Source: a virus
Lineage: Duplodnaviria; Caudoviricetes
DNA length: 36,031 nt
Direction: 5' to 3' (one strand)
IMG/VR virus record: IMGVR_UViG_3300025119_000013
Coordinates: 1-36,031 of that record
The position numbers and the translations under genes are program-made. Each line of letters begins with the position of its first letter. Within the stretch, counting starts at the first letter, position 1. Below, piece by piece: positions 8,662 through 16,141 of this stretch. The notes below the pieces were generated by a model. It was given only the letters and a program-made list of their open reading frames with translations. It did not search any database and was not told the DNA's origin.

Positions 8662-8993
8662 GCCCTCACCTCCCTGATCTCGATCCGCTTCCGGGTATCT
8701 CGCACTTTCTTCGGCACGGCTGCTATCTGCTTCAGCCTCCGCAACTCCGCCGCTCCGATCTCCGTCTTCAGCCAGTCCACGAAGGCCAGGGGGTTTTCAT
8801 GAGCGAAACGGTGGCAGGCGAAGCAAAGCGCTAAGGCATTGCGTTCGTCGTGCCGAAGCTCCTTGACGCGCCGACCGACGATGTGCGCGCACTCCAACCG
8901 CAAGTCCGTCCTGCGGCACCAACGGCAATGTCCATCGCGCTCCTTGATGCGCCGGGAGAACTCGGCGTCGAGACGGGAGACGCGGATCTTCAT
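8658..8993 (-). CDS. NinG/Rap-like HNH-type recombination endonuclease
   Basis: LDAEFSRRIKERDGHCRWC...ECAHIVGRR...RHDERNALALCFACH; ATGA-coupled start at 8993. Confidence 0.8.
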   Translation of the reverse strand: MKIRVSRLDAEFSRRIKERDGHCRWCRRTDLRLECAHIVGRRVKELRHDERNALALCFACHRFAHENPLAFVDWLKTEIGAAELRRLKQIAAVPKKVRDTRKRIEIREVRA

Positions 8994-9199
8994 TCGTCCC
9001 CCCTCGGCGCCGAGCTCCACACTCCGCGCTCGCGCCGCACGATCACCACCGCCCGCCTCTCGACCGCCGGCGCCGTGCCCATGCTCTCGGGGGTGCCGTC
9101 GATGCTTTCAAACTGTTGGCACGAGCAACAGCCGACGCCGCACTTCCCGTCGAAGTAGTGATCCTCCCGACGATGTGTTGCGCCGCAGAAACAGCTCAT
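8990..9199 (-). CDS. Small Cys/His-rich hypothetical protein
   Basis: MSCFCG..H...H...C...CCSCQQF; ATGA overlaps. Confidence 0.55.
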   Translation of the reverse strand: MSCFCGATHRREDHYFDGKCGVGCCSCQQFESIDGTPESMGTAPAVERRAVVIVRRERGVWSSAPRGDE

Positions 9200-10101
9200 T
9201 GCGGTTCCGCCACAATGCTCTCGGCTAGTTTGCGCTTGTACCACTCGGGCATCCCGCGAGTGAGCCCACGCTTGATGTCCGGCCAGAACGCAGACCATAG
9301 AGCGTCCTTGATCTCGGCCTCGGCGTCCTTCCGCACGTCCTCGGGTATCTCGTGGATCAACTTCCCGATGTCCTGCGGCGCGCCAAGTAATAGCCCGTCC
9401 TCTTGAAGGTGCTGGATCGCCTTCTGCCAGCGCGCCTCGACGGCATACCTCTCGATGATGGCCTGAACCGGGGAGGCCTTCTGCGCCTTCCAGTTCTCCT
9501 TGTTCTCTTCGACGAAGTCGCGCCGGACGAGCTTCGCCATTAGGACCTTCTTGTCTGGCCCGAATTGCGCGTAGTTCTTGAGCACGATGCCCTCAATCTT
9601 CTGCCCGCCCAGGAAAGCATCCCGGTCCAGCCATACGGTTAGATCGTCCAAGCTCGGCCTTTCCGCCAGCGACCCGAAGATAGGGACAAACTCAAGTCCC
9701 AGGCGTTCGGCTTCCTCTCGCGCGTCGGCGGGTGGAAGGTAGTCCTCCATCCCTCGATCAACGTCGAACAGAATGATGTTGCTCGCTGGGACGCGCTCAT
9801 ACGCCAGGGTGTTCTGCTTCGGCTTCGCCAAGAACTCCCCGCGGTAGGTCCAGCCCTCGCTCATCTCGGGGAGCATCCGCAAGCACATCTCCAGCGCCAG
9901 CCGGAACATGCCGGCGTGCTCCGGCTCTCCTCTGAACATCGTCAGGTCCTGCTTGTGCGCCCGAGCTAGGAGAGCGTCGCCCTCCCGCCGGAAGGAGAAC
10001 TGCGAGCCGTCTACCTTCTCCTCAATCCAGACCGTCCCATCCCAGAAGTTTTCGAGGGCCTTATGGCCGACCGCAAACGGCGAACTGTAAGACCCGATCA
10101 T
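9196..10101 (-). CDS. ATP-dependent RNA ligase (Rnl2-like nucleotidyltransferase)
   Basis: Motif I EEKVDGSQFSF, motif III YRGEF, IIIa ILFDV, IV EGIVLK, V MAKLV; helical C-terminal domain. Confidence 0.8.
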   Translation of the reverse strand: MIGSYSSPFAVGHKALENFWDGTVWIEEKVDGSQFSFRREGDALLARAHKQDLTMFRGEPEHAGMFRLALEMCLRMLPEMSEGWTYRGEFLAKPKQNTLAYERVPASNIILFDVDRGMEDYLPPADAREEAERLGLEFVPIFGSLAERPSLDDLTVWLDRDAFLGGQKIEGIVLKNYAQFGPDKKVLMAKLVRRDFVEENKENWKAQKASPVQAIIERYAVEARWQKAIQHLQEDGLLLGAPQDIGKLIHEIPEDVRKDAEAEIKDALWSAFWPDIKRGLTRGMPEWYKRKLAESIVAEPQ

Positions 10102-10697
10102 GTCGCCTTCCCTCCCGGCAGCTCCGGTCGCATCCCCCGAACGTAATGCGCCCCTTCACAGCGCATGGCCAGCGTCAGCGGGTTCACCCGCTCGTGGCAC
10201 CGGGGGCATTCGACGACGCCGGGTGCGGAATTCGCAGGGGGTGCATTCTCCGGCGCGGAAACCGCACCCAATCCCTCATTAACCAGAATCTTCTCTTGCA
10301 ACGGAGGAGTCTTAGGTTCATTACGGTTAGGGTGCGGAATGCGGCGCGGTTCTGCACGGGGTGCGAATTTCGCACCGTTTCCGCGCCCCGCACTGGTACC
10401 CCCAACGGTGCCGGTATCCTGCTCAGACCACCCCCGGTAGTGCTGTCCGAGACGGTAAAGGGTCGTCCCCGACCGTCCTCCGCCTGTTTCAACCTCGAGC
10501 TCGCCCGTTGATACCAGCAGGGGAAGACGGTCCAGAACGGTTCGCCGGCCAATCCGGGCTTTCTTCGCTATCGTGTCCAACGATGGCCATGCTTGGCCGT
10601 GATCGTCCATGTAGTCGGCTAGTGCCAGCATGATTAGAAGATCCGAGTGCTCCGCCTTGCTCTCTCGCCAAACGCGCGTTAGGGCCTCAAGGCTCAC
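10098..10697 (-). CDS. Replication initiator with N-terminal winged HTH (lambda O-like layout)
   Basis: LLIMLALADYMDDHGQAWPSLDTIAKKARIGRRTV pattern; central low-complexity region encoded by repeats. Confidence 0.8.
   Translation of the reverse strand: MSLEALTRVWRESKAEHSDLLIMLALADYMDDHGQAWPSLDTIAKKARIGRRTVLDRLPLLVSTGELEVETGGGRSGTTLYRLGQHYRGWSEQDTGTVGGTSAGRGNGAKFAPRAEPRRIPHPNRNEPKTPPLQEKILVNEGLGAVSAPENAPPANSAPGVVECPRCHERVNPLTLAMRCEGAHYVRGMRPELPGGKAT
10222..10387. repeat. Iteron-like palindromic repeats GGYGCG-N5-CGCACC flanking an AT-richer spacer (putative origin)
   Basis: Copies at 10222, 10252 and 10360, with partial copies at 10331, 10343 and 10376; spacer 10270-10330 is A/T-richer. Confidence 0.65.
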
Positions 10698-10912
10698 GCC
10701 TTCTGCGCCTCAGCGATCGCCACCATCAGGATTCTCCGCAGCTCTTCCGGGCGACCCTGCACGTCATTCGGCGCCCAGACCAAACAGCGAACCGGCCGGG
10801 CCTCCTCGTGGCATACCGTGCGGATGTCCTCCGAGGAGGTCACCCAGATACGTCGGACGATGCGCGTCTCGAGGATCCCAACGCAATCAGAGAGGGGCGT
10901 GTAGGTCGTCAT
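10694..10912 (-). CDS. Hypothetical protein
   Basis: 4-nt overlaps with both neighbours. Confidence 0.6.
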   Translation of the reverse strand: MTTYTPLSDCVGILETRIVRRIWVTSSEDIRTVCHEEARPVRCLVWAPNDVQGRPEELRRILMVAIAEAQKA

Positions 10913-11682
10913 CGTCCTGCCTCATTGGATATCGCGTCTTGTCGCATCTCAACGGCCCTCCAGTACTCATTGTCGTCTGGGAATTCGTCACGCCAGATAT
11001 TCGCGCGTGGGAAGAACTGGCGCGAGAGAAGTCCATCCGGCATCCGGTTCCGTTGCCTCTCGCCAACAATGGACGGCGAACGGAAGTTGTCATATCCACG
11101 CAACTCCATTGGGAACTCCGAGATGGGGGCGGCGAGAATTGCTTGGGCCGCCGTGTATGCAAACAAGAAGTCGGGCAAGTCCGCATCGATTGGGCAGAGC
11201 ATCTTCCGCATGGGATTGGTCTCGTCCAGCCGACAGGGGAAATAGATATCTACCGCGGCCCGAGCAGGAGAGAACTGGCAGCCCCCATTGCAGAGGCCCT
11301 CCCTGGCGATGCTTGTTTCCGGGCCCCAACGGGCGGGGATGTCTCGCCATCCGCCATAGTGCCCCGCGTTCTTGAAGCCCAGATACGCGCGAAATTTGAT
11401 GAGCCAGATGACGTAGATTTGATCTCCTGGAGACGACGGACTCTCGCCGATCGCCACTCGGGCCAGGATCATGGCATCCGACTCGGTCTTCATGCATTCA
11501 TGCGCAGAGCCTCCGCACTTCCAAGCGTCCTCTATGCGGAACAGGTCCACCATGTCTTCTCCAACCACAGCAGACACACTAGTCGGAGCTGTACCGTCTG
11601 CCTCTGCCGCCGTAAGCCACGCCGCGATTGCGACCAGGCCCAGCAGAACCGCCCAGAGAAGGCAATGCCCAGCCCGCCTCAT
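10909..11682 (-). CDS. Secreted/membrane-anchored SleB-like (Hydrolase_2) cell-wall hydrolase
   Basis: Signal/TM segment LLWAVLLGLVAIAAWLTA; ILARVAIGES catalytic-Glu helix; CQFSP motif. Confidence 0.6.
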   Translation of the reverse strand: MRRAGHCLLWAVLLGLVAIAAWLTAAEADGTAPTSVSAVVGEDMVDLFRIEDAWKCGGSAHECMKTESDAMILARVAIGESPSSPGDQIYVIWLIKFRAYLGFKNAGHYGGWRDIPARWGPETSIAREGLCNGGCQFSPARAAVDIYFPCRLDETNPMRKMLCPIDADLPDFLFAYTAAQAILAAPISEFPMELRGYDNFRSPSIVGERQRNRMPDGLLSRQFFPRANIWRDEFPDDNEYWRAVEMRQDAISNEAGR

Positions 11683-11780
11683 GGAAAGAGACGTCCTGCC
11701 CAAGTGCGCTCCACCTCCAACTGACGAAGCAACTTCCGCCGGTTCTCGACCTTGGCGCTCGTGGCCTGGATGCGCGACAC
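11679..11780 (-). CDS. 33-aa small ORF (not in track)
   Basis: GGAGG RBS, GTG at 11780, MSRIQATSAKVENRRKLLRQLEVERTWAGRLFP; TGA overlaps the next ATG. Confidence 0.5.
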   Translation of the reverse strand: MSRIQATSAKVENRRKLLRQLEVERTWAGRLFP

Positions 11781-11781
11781 C

Positions 11782-12222
11782 TTAGAATGCCTCCGCGCCG
11801 ACAATCGGATAACAGGGCGCCTCGATTAAGACGTAGTCGGTGTCCCCGTATTCCTTCGTACCATTCGCGCTCGCGGCGTGGCCCTCAACGATCCTGCCAT
11901 CCGCCCTCAGACAACTGACGGAACTGGGATGGCGATCCCATGCCGTCCGAATAGCCAGGGTTGAAGTCGGTAGATAGTGCATCCACGGGTTTGCCGAGCA
12001 ATTGAACCGAACGAGGCCGAACCGAACCATTGTGCCGCTGTACTTTGCGTCCACCCATCGGCCACAAACGGGACAGAGGAAGTCCATGCCGGGCCCTTTG
12101 TTCTTTAGCCACCGCCCCGCGCAGGTCGAGTATGGATAGACCGCGGCGCATGGAACGCTAAGGAACTCGGCTTCCCAAATCCTGTAGCCGGCCAGCCGCT
12201 CTTCCCGCGTCAGCTTTGCCAT
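11782..12222 (-). CDS. Putative PD-(D/E)XK nuclease-like protein
   Basis: WEAEF helix followed by GMDFLCPVCGRWVDAKYS (D...DxK); overlaps the methyltransferase gene. Confidence 0.45.
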   Translation of the reverse strand: MAKLTREERLAGYRIWEAEFLSVPCAAVYPYSTCAGRWLKNKGPGMDFLCPVCGRWVDAKYSGTMVRFGLVRFNCSANPWMHYLPTSTLAIRTAWDRHPSSVSCLRADGRIVEGHAASANGTKEYGDTDYVLIEAPCYPIVGAEAF

Positions 12223-13289
12223 ACCATGAGGTCCCGGCAGACGTTGAGGTACGCCTTGTTCTTCTTCGCTCGCACAACGTCGAATGCCTTGTACTGCTCA
12301 GTGGAGTACGGGACTTGGAACCGATGCTGCGGCGCCCCGAACGCTCCCATCAGCCAGCCCGCGTGGTCGTAGAACTTCCCATCCTTCTGGGTCGCGCCGA
12401 TAATGAGCGCCACGCAACGGGCGCGCTTGAGGCTCGCCCCCACGACCGCGCCCAGCGTCTTGTTGAACTGCTCCAGCGGCATGTTCGCCAAGTCCGTCGC
12501 GTCACCGCTGTACTCTCCAGCCTTCTGCCCCCAGTACGGCGGGTCGAGAAACACCATCGCCGCGTCCGGGAACTCGGGAAGGCCGTCCGTCAGATCCCAC
12601 TTCCCGATTTCTTTACGCATTGGCTTCCGGTCGAACGAAAGACACTTCCGGTTGCCATAATCGTCATTCTCCTCGGCGCAAACGTCCAGCGTCGTCCCGC
12701 CTCCGGCGAATAGATCGACCACCAGCTCGCCCGGCTCCGTGAGGTAGTAGTTCAGGTTCATATTGACCTGGCCGGGGATGTTTCCTGGGTGCCCCTGTCC
12801 GAACCGATCGTCTGGCTTGGCGAAGTTCCAGAGGTTGTAGACGCGGAGCCAGGGGCGAGCCTCGTCTTCCTCGGCATTCATCTGCTTCCAGAGAATGTGC
12901 AGACCGCCCTCAGTCGGGAAACGGCGCTTATCCTGCTGCTCGCCATAGTACAGTTCGCGATCCTGTGGGTCGAGTTCGCCTAAGCGGACACAGATAGACG
13001 CGTCCTTCGTATCCAGGAACCCCGCATTTGAAGCGGAAAATTCCGGTTCTCTTCCTGGCCCGCCAGCGCCCTTTCCTGGTCTCTGCGCCGCCCAGAGTTC
13101 CCCGGCCTTAGCGGCCGCCTCGCACTCTAGCTTGGCCGCCTCAAACGCAACCTCGAATTGCTCGCCACGCCTGGCAAGATACTTCTTGATCGCATTCAGC
13201 CGGGCCCTGGCCTCGTTGGCCTCCTCCGGCTTCGTCGCCGCCTCGATGGCGCGCTTGGCCTGGCTAACAGTCTCTAGCTCTCTGCTCAC
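12210..13289 (-). CDS. Amino (N6-A/N4-C) DNA methyltransferase with N-terminal helical extension
   Basis: VVDLFAGGGTT (motif I) followed by VFLDPPYW (motif IV). Confidence 0.85.
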   Translation of the reverse strand: MSRELETVSQAKRAIEAATKPEEANEARARLNAIKKYLARRGEQFEVAFEAAKLECEAAAKAGELWAAQRPGKGAGGPGREPEFSASNAGFLDTKDASICVRLGELDPQDRELYYGEQQDKRRFPTEGGLHILWKQMNAEEDEARPWLRVYNLWNFAKPDDRFGQGHPGNIPGQVNMNLNYYLTEPGELVVDLFAGGGTTLDVCAEENDDYGNRKCLSFDRKPMRKEIGKWDLTDGLPEFPDAAMVFLDPPYWGQKAGEYSGDATDLANMPLEQFNKTLGAVVGASLKRARCVALIIGATQKDGKFYDHAGWLMGAFGAPQHRFQVPYSTEQYKAFDVVRAKKNKAYLNVCRDLMVWQS

Positions 13290-13392
13290 TCCGCCTCCAA
13301 TGCAAACCGGCGCTTTGTCCCACCCCCCGGACGGGACCCAACGCAGATGACATCAGGGGCCGAGGGGCAGGCCGCGGGGTAGGAACAGCGTT

Positions 13393-13566
13393 CTAGGGAT
13401 TTCTCCCTGGGTAGTCGGCCGACCATCCGGTGTTCCCGACGATCTGCCGGATCCGCTCCCGGCTCACCCCGTACCTTTGGGCTATGGCGGCCAGAGTCAG
13501 ACGCTGGCGCAGTCGAAGCCGGCGGATCGTTCGGTGCTCGGAGGCGGGGATTTTGCTCTTGCCCAC
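13393..13566 (-). CDS. Small HTH transcriptional regulator (sigma70 region-4/Cro-like); alternative ATG start at 13587
   Basis: LTLAAIAQRYGVSRERIRQIV; first gene of the leftward operon. Confidence 0.75.
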   Translation of the reverse strand: MGKSKIPASEHRTIRRLRLRQRLTLAAIAQRYGVSRERIRQIVGNTGWSADYPGRNP

Positions 13567-13573
13567 GTCTGAG

Positions 13574-13619
13574 ATGGTACTTGACATTCCCAGGAAGTCA
13601 AGTATCATTTTGTCAAGCA
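13574..13619. promoter_or_regulatory. Overlapping divergent sigma70-type promoters inside an inverted repeat (operator)
   Basis: Plus strand TTGACA(13581)-N16-TATCAT(13603); minus strand TTGACT(13601)-N16-TACCAT(13579); arms ATGGTACTTGAC/GTCAAGTATCAT; third GTCAAG at 13612. Confidence 0.75.
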
Positions 13620-13629
13620 AGGAGACGAC

Positions 13630-13815
13630 ATGAACCACCCGACCCAGACCGAAACCATGACGTGCCCGAACTGTGGCTCCCTTAGCGTTTGCGGCCTGTG
13701 CGGCTTCGACCCCATGCCGGACGCCGTGGCGGCCGAGTTCGAGGATGCCACGGCAGCCCAGGACTACGCCGGCGGGGATGACGGGTACGACGACGATGGC
13801 GAGGTGATGGGGTGA
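13630..13815 (+). CDS. Small zinc-ribbon protein with acidic tail
   Basis: AAGGAG RBS; CPNCG..CGLCG; D/E-rich C-terminus. Confidence 0.7.
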   Translation: MNHPTQTETMTCPNCGSLSVCGLCGFDPMPDAVAAEFEDATAAQDYAGGDDGYDDDGEVMG

Positions 13816-14078
13816 CCGAGCCCGTCCGCATCGTGGACAAGCCATCCCATCCCGGATTCTATCAGGGGTACACATACGGAACCACGGACGAGGTTGTGGC
13901 GGAGTTCATCCGCAAGTTCGGCAGACCTCCAGCGGAGATCGTCCGTAGCACTTCCGCCGGGTCAATCATTCTGGTCGGGCCAGTCCTCAACGAACACATC
14001 GAGGAGATGCGGAAGCCGCACCCTCGCCAGACCGAAATCGACAACGAAGCAACGCTACTCCTGAGGAGGAGATCATGA
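13812..14078 (+). CDS. Hypothetical protein
   Basis: GTGA and ATGA coupling with neighbours. Confidence 0.65.
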   Translation: MTEPVRIVDKPSHPGFYQGYTYGTTDEVVAEFIRKFGRPPAEIVRSTSAGSIILVGPVLNEHIEEMRKPHPRQTEIDNEATLLLRRRS

Positions 14079-14989
14079 CCGCCCCTACGTTTGCACGAGC
14101 CACGAAGTCATCCGCCAAGCTCCGCCTAGCCTTGTTCGGTCCCTCCGGCGCCGGCAAGACCTACACCGCCCTGCGCCTGGCCAAGGGGATCGGGGGCCGC
14201 GTCGCCCTGGTCGATACCGAACGGGGATCCGCGTCGAAGTACGCCGACCGATTTGAGTTCGACACGCTCCAGCTGGAGGACCGTACCCTGGCCGGCTACG
14301 TCCAGGCGGTCCATGCTGCTGCGGAGTACGACGTCCTCATCATCGACAGCCTCACCCACGGCTGGCGCGAGCTCTTGGCCGAGGTCGACAAGCTGGCAAG
14401 GGCGAAGTACAGCGGCAACACCTGGTCGGCCTGGTCCGAGGGAACACCGAAGCAAATGGCCTTCATCGACGCGCTCTTGCAGTTCCCCGGGCACGTCATC
14501 GCCACGATGCGAAGCAAGACCGAGTGGGCGATCGAGAAGGACGAGAAGTCCGGCAGGACGAAGCCAGTCCGCATCGGCCTGGCCCCGGAGGAGGGGAAGG
14601 GGATCGAATACGAGTTCGACCTGCTCCTCGAACTCTCGCCCGACCACATCGGCACGGCCATCAAGGACCGCTCGGGCAAGTTCCAGGACGTGATCGTCGA
14701 GAAGCCGGGCGAGGAGTTCGGTGCGTCCCTGGCCGCGTGGCTCTCCGATGGCGCCCCGCCCGTGCCTTCGAAGCCCGCCCCGGTCGCCAACGTCGCGCCG
14801 CCCACCGTCAGCGGAACGCCGACACGAGCCGATGCTGTGGCCGCCACCAAGGCCAAGTCCGAGACCGTCACCGAGTTCTGGCAGGCGGTCAAGGACCAGG
14901 GCCTCAGCACGGACGAGGGTAAGCGCGCCCTGGCCGAATGCTCCGGGGACTTCGAAGAGGCCCTGCGGCGGATGCAGAAGGCGGGCTAG
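14075..14989 (+). CDS. Sak4-like AAA ATPase (phage recombination/ssDNA annealing) with C-terminal UBA-like domain
   Basis: LALFGPSGAGKT, LVDTERGS, VLIIDSLTH, HVIATMRSK, EYEFD, KDRS. Confidence 0.85.
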   Translation: MTAPTFARATKSSAKLRLALFGPSGAGKTYTALRLAKGIGGRVALVDTERGSASKYADRFEFDTLQLEDRTLAGYVQAVHAAAEYDVLIIDSLTHGWRELLAEVDKLARAKYSGNTWSAWSEGTPKQMAFIDALLQFPGHVIATMRSKTEWAIEKDEKSGRTKPVRIGLAPEEGKGIEYEFDLLLELSPDHIGTAIKDRSGKFQDVIVEKPGEEFGASLAAWLSDGAPPVPSKPAPVANVAPPTVSGTPTRADAVAATKAKSETVTEFWQAVKDQGLSTDEGKRALAECSGDFEEALRRMQKAG

Positions 14990-14992
14990 AGC

Positions 14993-15262
14993 GTGACCGA
15001 GACGACTCCTAGAGTACCCGTCCTGGCTGTTGGAGAGGCCCGTTCAGCGTTGAACAGTCTCCACTCCGATGCCGGGTACTCCTGGAGGCAGATAGCGGCC
15101 CTGGGGCAATTCGCCGGGATAGGACACGCCACCCTCTGGCGGTTCGCCAAGTTGGGGATCGTGCCCAAGAAGAGACGAGACCGGGTTCTGCTAGGATTGG
15201 TGCAGCGCCGGCCGCGAAAGCTCAGGCTCTGCCCGAAGTGCGGCTGGCCCATGAAGGAGTAG
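14993..15262 (+). CDS. HTH-like protein with C-terminal CPKCG knuckle
   Basis: YSWRQIAALGQFAGIGHATLWRFAK; LCPKCGWP. Confidence 0.6.
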   Translation: MTETTPRVPVLAVGEARSALNSLHSDAGYSWRQIAALGQFAGIGHATLWRFAKLGIVPKKRRDRVLLGLVQRRPRKLRLCPKCGWPMKE

Positions 15263-15265
15263 CCG

Positions 15266-15521
15266 ATGACACCGACACCGGAAGGAAGTGCTGGCTATGT
15301 GGATTGCCGGGAAGGAGAGCTGGGTACCTGGACTGTGCTTTGAATGTCATCGCACATGTGGCCACTGGAACGATTGCCGAACAGGTGCTCTCGCCGACTC
15401 GCAGGCGCGGATGCGGGAGCTGAAAGAGCTGGTCGAGAAAGCGAAGCCCATCATGGAATGGGCAGGTGGCAACGTTTGTGAATCGTGGCTCCGTCAGGCA
15501 GAGCGAGGAAGCCAGGGATGA
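15266..15521 (+). pseudogene. Cys-rich small gene, apparently broken by two frameshifts
   Basis: Strong RBS (AAGGAG) and ATG at 15266; KCWLCG and LCFECHRTCGHWNDC lie in two other frames. Confidence 0.4.
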
Positions 15522-15760
15522 GTGAGTATCTGATCTGGAGCTTTGAGCACAATGCATGGTGGAACCCGAATGAAGCGGGGTATACCGGCAACGTTGAACG
15601 GGCCGGTCGTTACAGCCAACAAGACGCGGGGCGCATTGTCACGCAGGATGTTTTCAATTATGAGGTGGCGATCCTAGAAACGATAGCCCTCCGTCGTGGG
15701 CCGCCAAATTTCCACCCATACGAGGGACGTGGGCGGAGCGAGGAGGCCAGGGATGAGTGA
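15518..15760 (+). CDS. Small phage protein (YLIWS..H..WW.PN..GYT...AGRY type)
   Basis: ATG inside repeat copy 1; recognisable phage motif. Confidence 0.7.
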   Translation: MSEYLIWSFEHNAWWNPNEAGYTGNVERAGRYSQQDAGRIVTQDVFNYEVAILETIALRRGPPNFHPYEGRGRSEEARDE

Positions 15761-15950
15761 CCCTTGCCCCTTGTGCGGCGACTCTGGTGCTGTCCCGGTG
15801 GGAGAGCACTTCATAAGTCACGAGATGGCTATGGACGGAAGTGTGCCAGAAATGGAAGGGGCCTCGATGGGTATTGAATGGGGGCCATGCCCGGATTGTG
15901 ACGGTGCGAGACGCATCCAAGAACGGGCAGAGCGAGGAGGCCAGAGATGA
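15753..15950 (+). CDS. Small DnaJ-type zinc-finger-like protein
   Basis: CPLCGDSG...CPDCDG; ATG inside repeat copy 2. Confidence 0.65.
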   Translation: MSDPCPLCGDSGAVPVGEHFISHEMAMDGSVPEMEGASMGIEWGPCPDCDGARRIQERAERGGQR

Positions 15951-16141
15951 GTGACGAATGTACACCCGAGACGCTGGATGCTGTCTTTGCCAGACTACTT
16001 GCGGCGATAGACAGGGGCGATCCCGGATCACTTGCCGAAGCCAAGTATGTGATTGGCGTTGAAAGTATGCGCCATACCCACGCATGGGCCGCCCTCGTGG
16101 AGGCTTACGGCGACGCGATCAGTGGACGGGCAAGCCGGTGA
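15947..16141 (+). CDS. Hypothetical protein (3' part may belong to a relic of another gene)
   Basis: ATG inside repeat copy 3. Confidence 0.5.
   Translation: MSDECTPETLDAVFARLLAAIDRGDPGSLAEAKYVIGVESMRHTHAWAALVEAYGDAISGRASR

Larger units (their letters stand above)
15497..15954 (+). repeat. Three 29-bp direct repeats GGCRGAGCGAGGARGCCAGRGATGAGTGA at gene junctions
   Basis: Copies at 15497-15525, 15732-15760 and 15926-15954; each contains the RBS and start codon of the next gene. Confidence 0.9.

Noticed and set aside
15497-15954. CRISPR mini-array interpretation of the 29-bp repeats
   Set aside because: Intervening segments are 165-206 bp, each a complete ORF; the repeats contain SD and ATG and are not palindromic; no cas genes
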